Shown here: positions 60,955-64,000 of the stretch, in pieces
Layout of the letters: every line of letters begins with the position of its first letter
How positions within the stretch are numbered: position 1 is the stretch's first letter
NCBI GenBank assembly: GCA_965200875.1
Contig: OZ241456.1
Coordinates: 512,001-576,000, forward strand
Reading direction: 5' to 3'
Source: Bdellovibrionales bacterium
Lineage (GTDB): Bacteria > Bdellovibrionota > Bdellovibrionia > Bdellovibrionales > UBA1609
DNA: 64,000 nucleotides
Notes under the pieces: generated by a model
Told to the model about the DNA's origin: nothing
The model's database searches: none
The model's input: the letters and a program-made list of their open reading frames with translations, nothing else
Program-made: the position numbers and the translations under genes

Positions 60955-63900
60955 GTTGATACTCCAAGTCCAACCCTATGGTGTTGGGATTTTTGTCTTT
61001 GTTATCCTGCTCTGAGGTTTCATTCTCCCACAGACCAATGAGGGATATGTTTTTGTTTATTTTATATTTTGCCCTTACATCACTTTCTCTGGTTTCATCC
61101 AACAGGGTATGACTGGATGAGAGGTTCAGCCTGTTAAACATTCTTTTTCTTACAATGAGTTTTGTGGCAGTAGTATTAGTTTTTGAGCTGATATGTGGAA
61201 CAATTAAAAATTGGTCCACCAACCCTAAAGTGTCTGTCAATTCCTGGCCAATGGCTTTCTGAAAAAGAACAGGCCCTAGATGATAATAAGAATATTTTGC
61301 AATATTGTTTAAAGGATTTCCTGGTTCAAATTTCACTGCGCGCGCTCCGAAAGTCAAAAGGGATACGATTTCATTTTCTGTCATAGCTGGTGTACTGGTC
61401 AGCCTAAACACTGGTGCACTTCCTCGGCCTTTTACCCGGAGTAAGATTTTATATTCATTGGAGAAGTTGGTGGTTTCATTGTTTTCCTGTAAAAGGGTAT
61501 TAGCTCTTAAATTAATTAAAGGGTTAGAAGGTTTATCATGGGAATATGAAATCCTAGAAAATTGAATATCAAACTCACGATCTCTAAAATTAATTTTTCC
61601 GCCGGGAAGGCTTTTTAAAACCCCAGATAGAGAAGGACGAAGAGGAGATCCTGTTATTCGCATTTTTCCGATAAAGTCGGACTTCATCGTGGAGTTTTCT
61701 ATGCGCAGAGGTTTTTTAAGACGAAAATTAAAGCTCATTTTAACAGGTGAAAAACTTTCTTTGTTTTCCTCCAAAGGAAAAAGGCGGGGGCTTATTTGTA
61801 CCTGATCCGGTCGTTTTGATATAAACTCTTTTTCTATTATGGAGTTTTCCATATCTGCGGTTATTCCCAAAGTATATGGAAAACCACTACCGGTCAGGGA
61901 TATCCGGCCTGAACCATTGGTGCGGATTCCTTGCAAAGAATCAAACTGCACCCGTTTAAAAAAACCTTTTATGTTAACCTGTGGTTTTGCCGGATTAAAA
62001 AAACTCAAATCACCATTGGCTTGTAAAGCCCCTCCTCCTATTTTTGTACGAAGAGACTGGAAAATAAGTTTGTTATTTTCAATTTTTATGTGTGAAGATA
62101 ACTCTTCAAAAGGTTCTATGCGAGGGTGTATCTGCACAACTCCGTTTCTGATTTTTAAAAATCCAGTGGGGGAGAGCTGAGATAATCGTGCCGTTAAAGA
62201 AATATCAGTATTTATATTACCTTCCCATGTTCTCATAAATGGAAATAAAAATATAAAAAAATCCAGTTTGGCATTGCCACTAACACTAATTTGATCCTTT
62301 TCCTGTTGGATAATGTGTAAGGTATCCTCTCCTGATTTCAAAACTATTGATCCTGTTTGAATATGCCCGTTTTTCAAATCGATGGAAAAAGGGGCTTGAT
62401 TGGTCAGGTCGTAGGAGTTTGCATGTACAAACAACTTATTTATTTTAATATGACCGGTAGCGGACTTGAAAAACTGATCTCTTTGATAAGAAAGATGTAC
62501 CGCTCCAGTTATCCGGGATTGAAACTGGCTGTAGAGTTGAGTGGACTCCCCTTTGGAGAAAAATATTTCTTTGATATTCAGATTGTTTGTAGTAGCTTTT
62601 AACTCCACAAGCCCAGTTTTTTTATAAGGAAAAACCAGATTTTGAATCTCCAACTTGTTGGAGATCGTTCCTTTTGCCTCCGTCTGGTGTTCCCTTATTC
62701 TTAAAATGAGACGAGAGTTACCAAAAGGATATCCCTTGTAAAAGGAGTTTTTAATGTGCACTATCGCTGTGGTTACAGGCTTCAGCCAAAAACCTTTCAG
62801 GTTCATAGTAAAATCGATTACCCCGGTTGTTTCGAGACCTGTGATCCTTGAAATATTAAAAGACTCATGTAAATAAAGTTTTTCTCCCGTTATTTTTGCA
62901 AGCATCTTTCCTTTAGGATCCACTGTTCCCTGAAAAATAATTTTTCCGTCATTTTTCAGAAATTCCACTTTTTTGGTTTTCACATAACCCTTTTTTGCTC
63001 CCAGCTGAATGTCTACACTATTGAAATGTTCCTTTTTCACAGTCACTTTAAAAAACTGGGATTGTAAATTATAGTTCATTTTATTGATTTTCAGAGGGCC
63101 GTCTAGGTAAACAGCGAGAGTGCCTGCGCCCGTTACTTCAAATGGTAAAGATACTCTGTTCTTCACGGCGTACTGTAAATTTTCTAAGTTAACGCGAGGA
63201 AAGTGCGTGAAAAGCTTTATTGTGTTTTCAAAAATATTAATGCTGATATTACCTTTATATTGAGAGGTTTTAATCTGACCAGTGATTTTTCGAAAACGAA
63301 GAACTCCCTTCTCTGTGTAATTCAACAAAGTGGTTCCATTTCCTATACGAAACTGACTGAGAGAAAGCTGTTTAAAATCCAACTGTGATTGAATTTGTAA
63401 TTTCTGTTTATACACTGTTAAATTCCCTTTTTGGATATTCACCACTCCTTTTGGATCCAAGTTGACTAAATTTTTAATATCAGAAAAATATATATCTCCA
63501 GAGTATTCGGAGGAAAAGTGGCGGGTTTGTTCCAGTCGACTTTCTATAATCAGTTTTGAACGAGCACCCAGCTCTGCCGTGGAATAAGCTCTAAAAATAT
63601 TGTCATTAAAGTGAATCTGACTGTTGAGTTTCAGTTTTGGTATATCTAGAACAGTCCATTCCCTCCCTCCGTAAACTGTGAATTTGTTAAAATAAGTATC
63701 TCCTTCACATTTAAGACCTTGCATTTCCAGAAGAGAACCATTGCATTGCCACTTTCCATTTATTATGGAAGAAACAGGGATATTTTTTAATTTGAACATT
63801 TTAAACAATTCATTTAATTGACTGTTCCTGATATCAGCCTCTACCTTGAATCTGTAAGGTTTTTTTAAATGTATTTTTGATTGTTTCAAGTCAATATGCC

Positions 63901-64000
63901 ATAGACCTGCGTGACCAATTTGAAACTGAGAAAGAGAAATAATTTGATTTTTAACAGTGCCTTTGATTTGAACTTGAGAGAGAAAAATATCTCGGACAAA
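60944..64000 (-). CDS. tamB: TamB-family protein (partial; the frame is open to the window end)
   Basis: beta-rich sequence; C-terminal DUF490-like LTSTPAMTENEIVSLLTFG...GLDLEYQLDF; adjacent to the Omp85 gene. Confidence 0.85.
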   Translation of the reverse strand, partial: FVRDIFLSQVQIKGTVKNQIISLSQFQIGHAGLWHIDLKQSKIHLKKPYRFKVEADIRNSQLNELFKMFKLKNIPVSSIINGKWQCNGSLLEMQGLKCEGDTYFNKFTVYGGREWTVLDIPKLKLNSQIHFNDNIFRAYSTAELGARSKLIIESRLEQTRHFSSEYSGDIYFSDIKNLVNLDPKGVVNIQKGNLTVYKQKLQIQSQLDFKQLSLSQFRIGNGTTLLNYTEKGVLRFRKITGQIKTSQYKGNISINIFENTIKLFTHFPRVNLENLQYAVKNRVSLPFEVTGAGTLAVYLDGPLKINKMNYNLQSQFFKVTVKKEHFNSVDIQLGAKKGYVKTKKVEFLKNDGKIIFQGTVDPKGKMLAKITGEKLYLHESFNISRITGLETTGVIDFTMNLKGFWLKPVTTAIVHIKNSFYKGYPFGNSRLILRIREHQTEAKGTISNKLEIQNLVFPYKKTGLVELKATTNNLNIKEIFFSKGESTQLYSQFQSRITGAVHLSYQRDQFFKSATGHIKINKLFVHANSYDLTNQAPFSIDLKNGHIQTGSIVLKSGEDTLHIIQQEKDQISVSGNAKLDFFIFLFPFMRTWEGNINTDISLTARLSQLSPTGFLKIRNGVVQIHPRIEPFEELSSHIKIENNKLIFQSLRTKIGGGALQANGDLSFFNPAKPQVNIKGFFKRVQFDSLQGIRTNGSGRISLTGSGFPYTLGITADMENSIIEKEFISKRPDQVQISPRLFPLEENKESFSPVKMSFNFRLKKPLRIENSTMKSDFIGKMRITGSPLRPSLSGVLKSLPGGKINFRDREFDIQFSRISYSHDKPSNPLINLRANTLLQENNETTNFSNEYKILLRVKGRGSAPVFRLTSTPAMTENEIVSLLTFGARAVKFEPGNPLNNIAKYSYYHLGPVLFQKAIGQELTDTLGLVDQFLIVPHISSKTNTTATKLIVRKRMFNRLNLSSSHTLLDETRESDVRAKYKINKNISLIGLWENETSEQDNKDKNPNTIGLDLEYQLDF

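Overview
A low-GC bacterial chromosome segment. The gene content (FabMG-type enoyl-ACP reductase, Bdellovibrio-style TadG/TadE-like genes, Cys-rich secreted proteins, TamB/BamA pair) suggests Bdellovibrionota; this is an inference. There are three zones. (1) About 0.8-22 kb is a defence-like island: an IS3-family element; a five-gene minus-strand cluster (DarT-macrodomain fusion, PIN-like, HEPN-like, DUF6978-like, DUF1828/1829-like); an amber-interrupted AAA ATPase; a Schlafen/AlbA_2 ATP-binding protein preceded by a non-coding 109-bp tandem array; an SF1 helicase-Vsr-like nuclease; a type III R-M pair; and an HD hydrolase. (2) About 22-43 kb is housekeeping: glmS, lepB, ftsH, tilS, rpmF, folD, gcvT, hppA, rny, pyrE and others. 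(3) About 43-58 kb is accessory: a signal-peptide-bearing SF2 helicase with six ~60-aa repeats, a patchwork of short gene fragments, an isolated tad pair, an Rpn nuclease with a consensus sigma54 promoter and an internal start, a long GGA-hairpin repeat leader, an ATPase/putative nuclease pair, and a gene with an in-frame TGA at a probable Cys position. The window ends with bamA/tamA and a partial tamB. No rRNA, tRNA or CRISPR array was seen. All family assignments are from motif recognition by eye; no searches were run.
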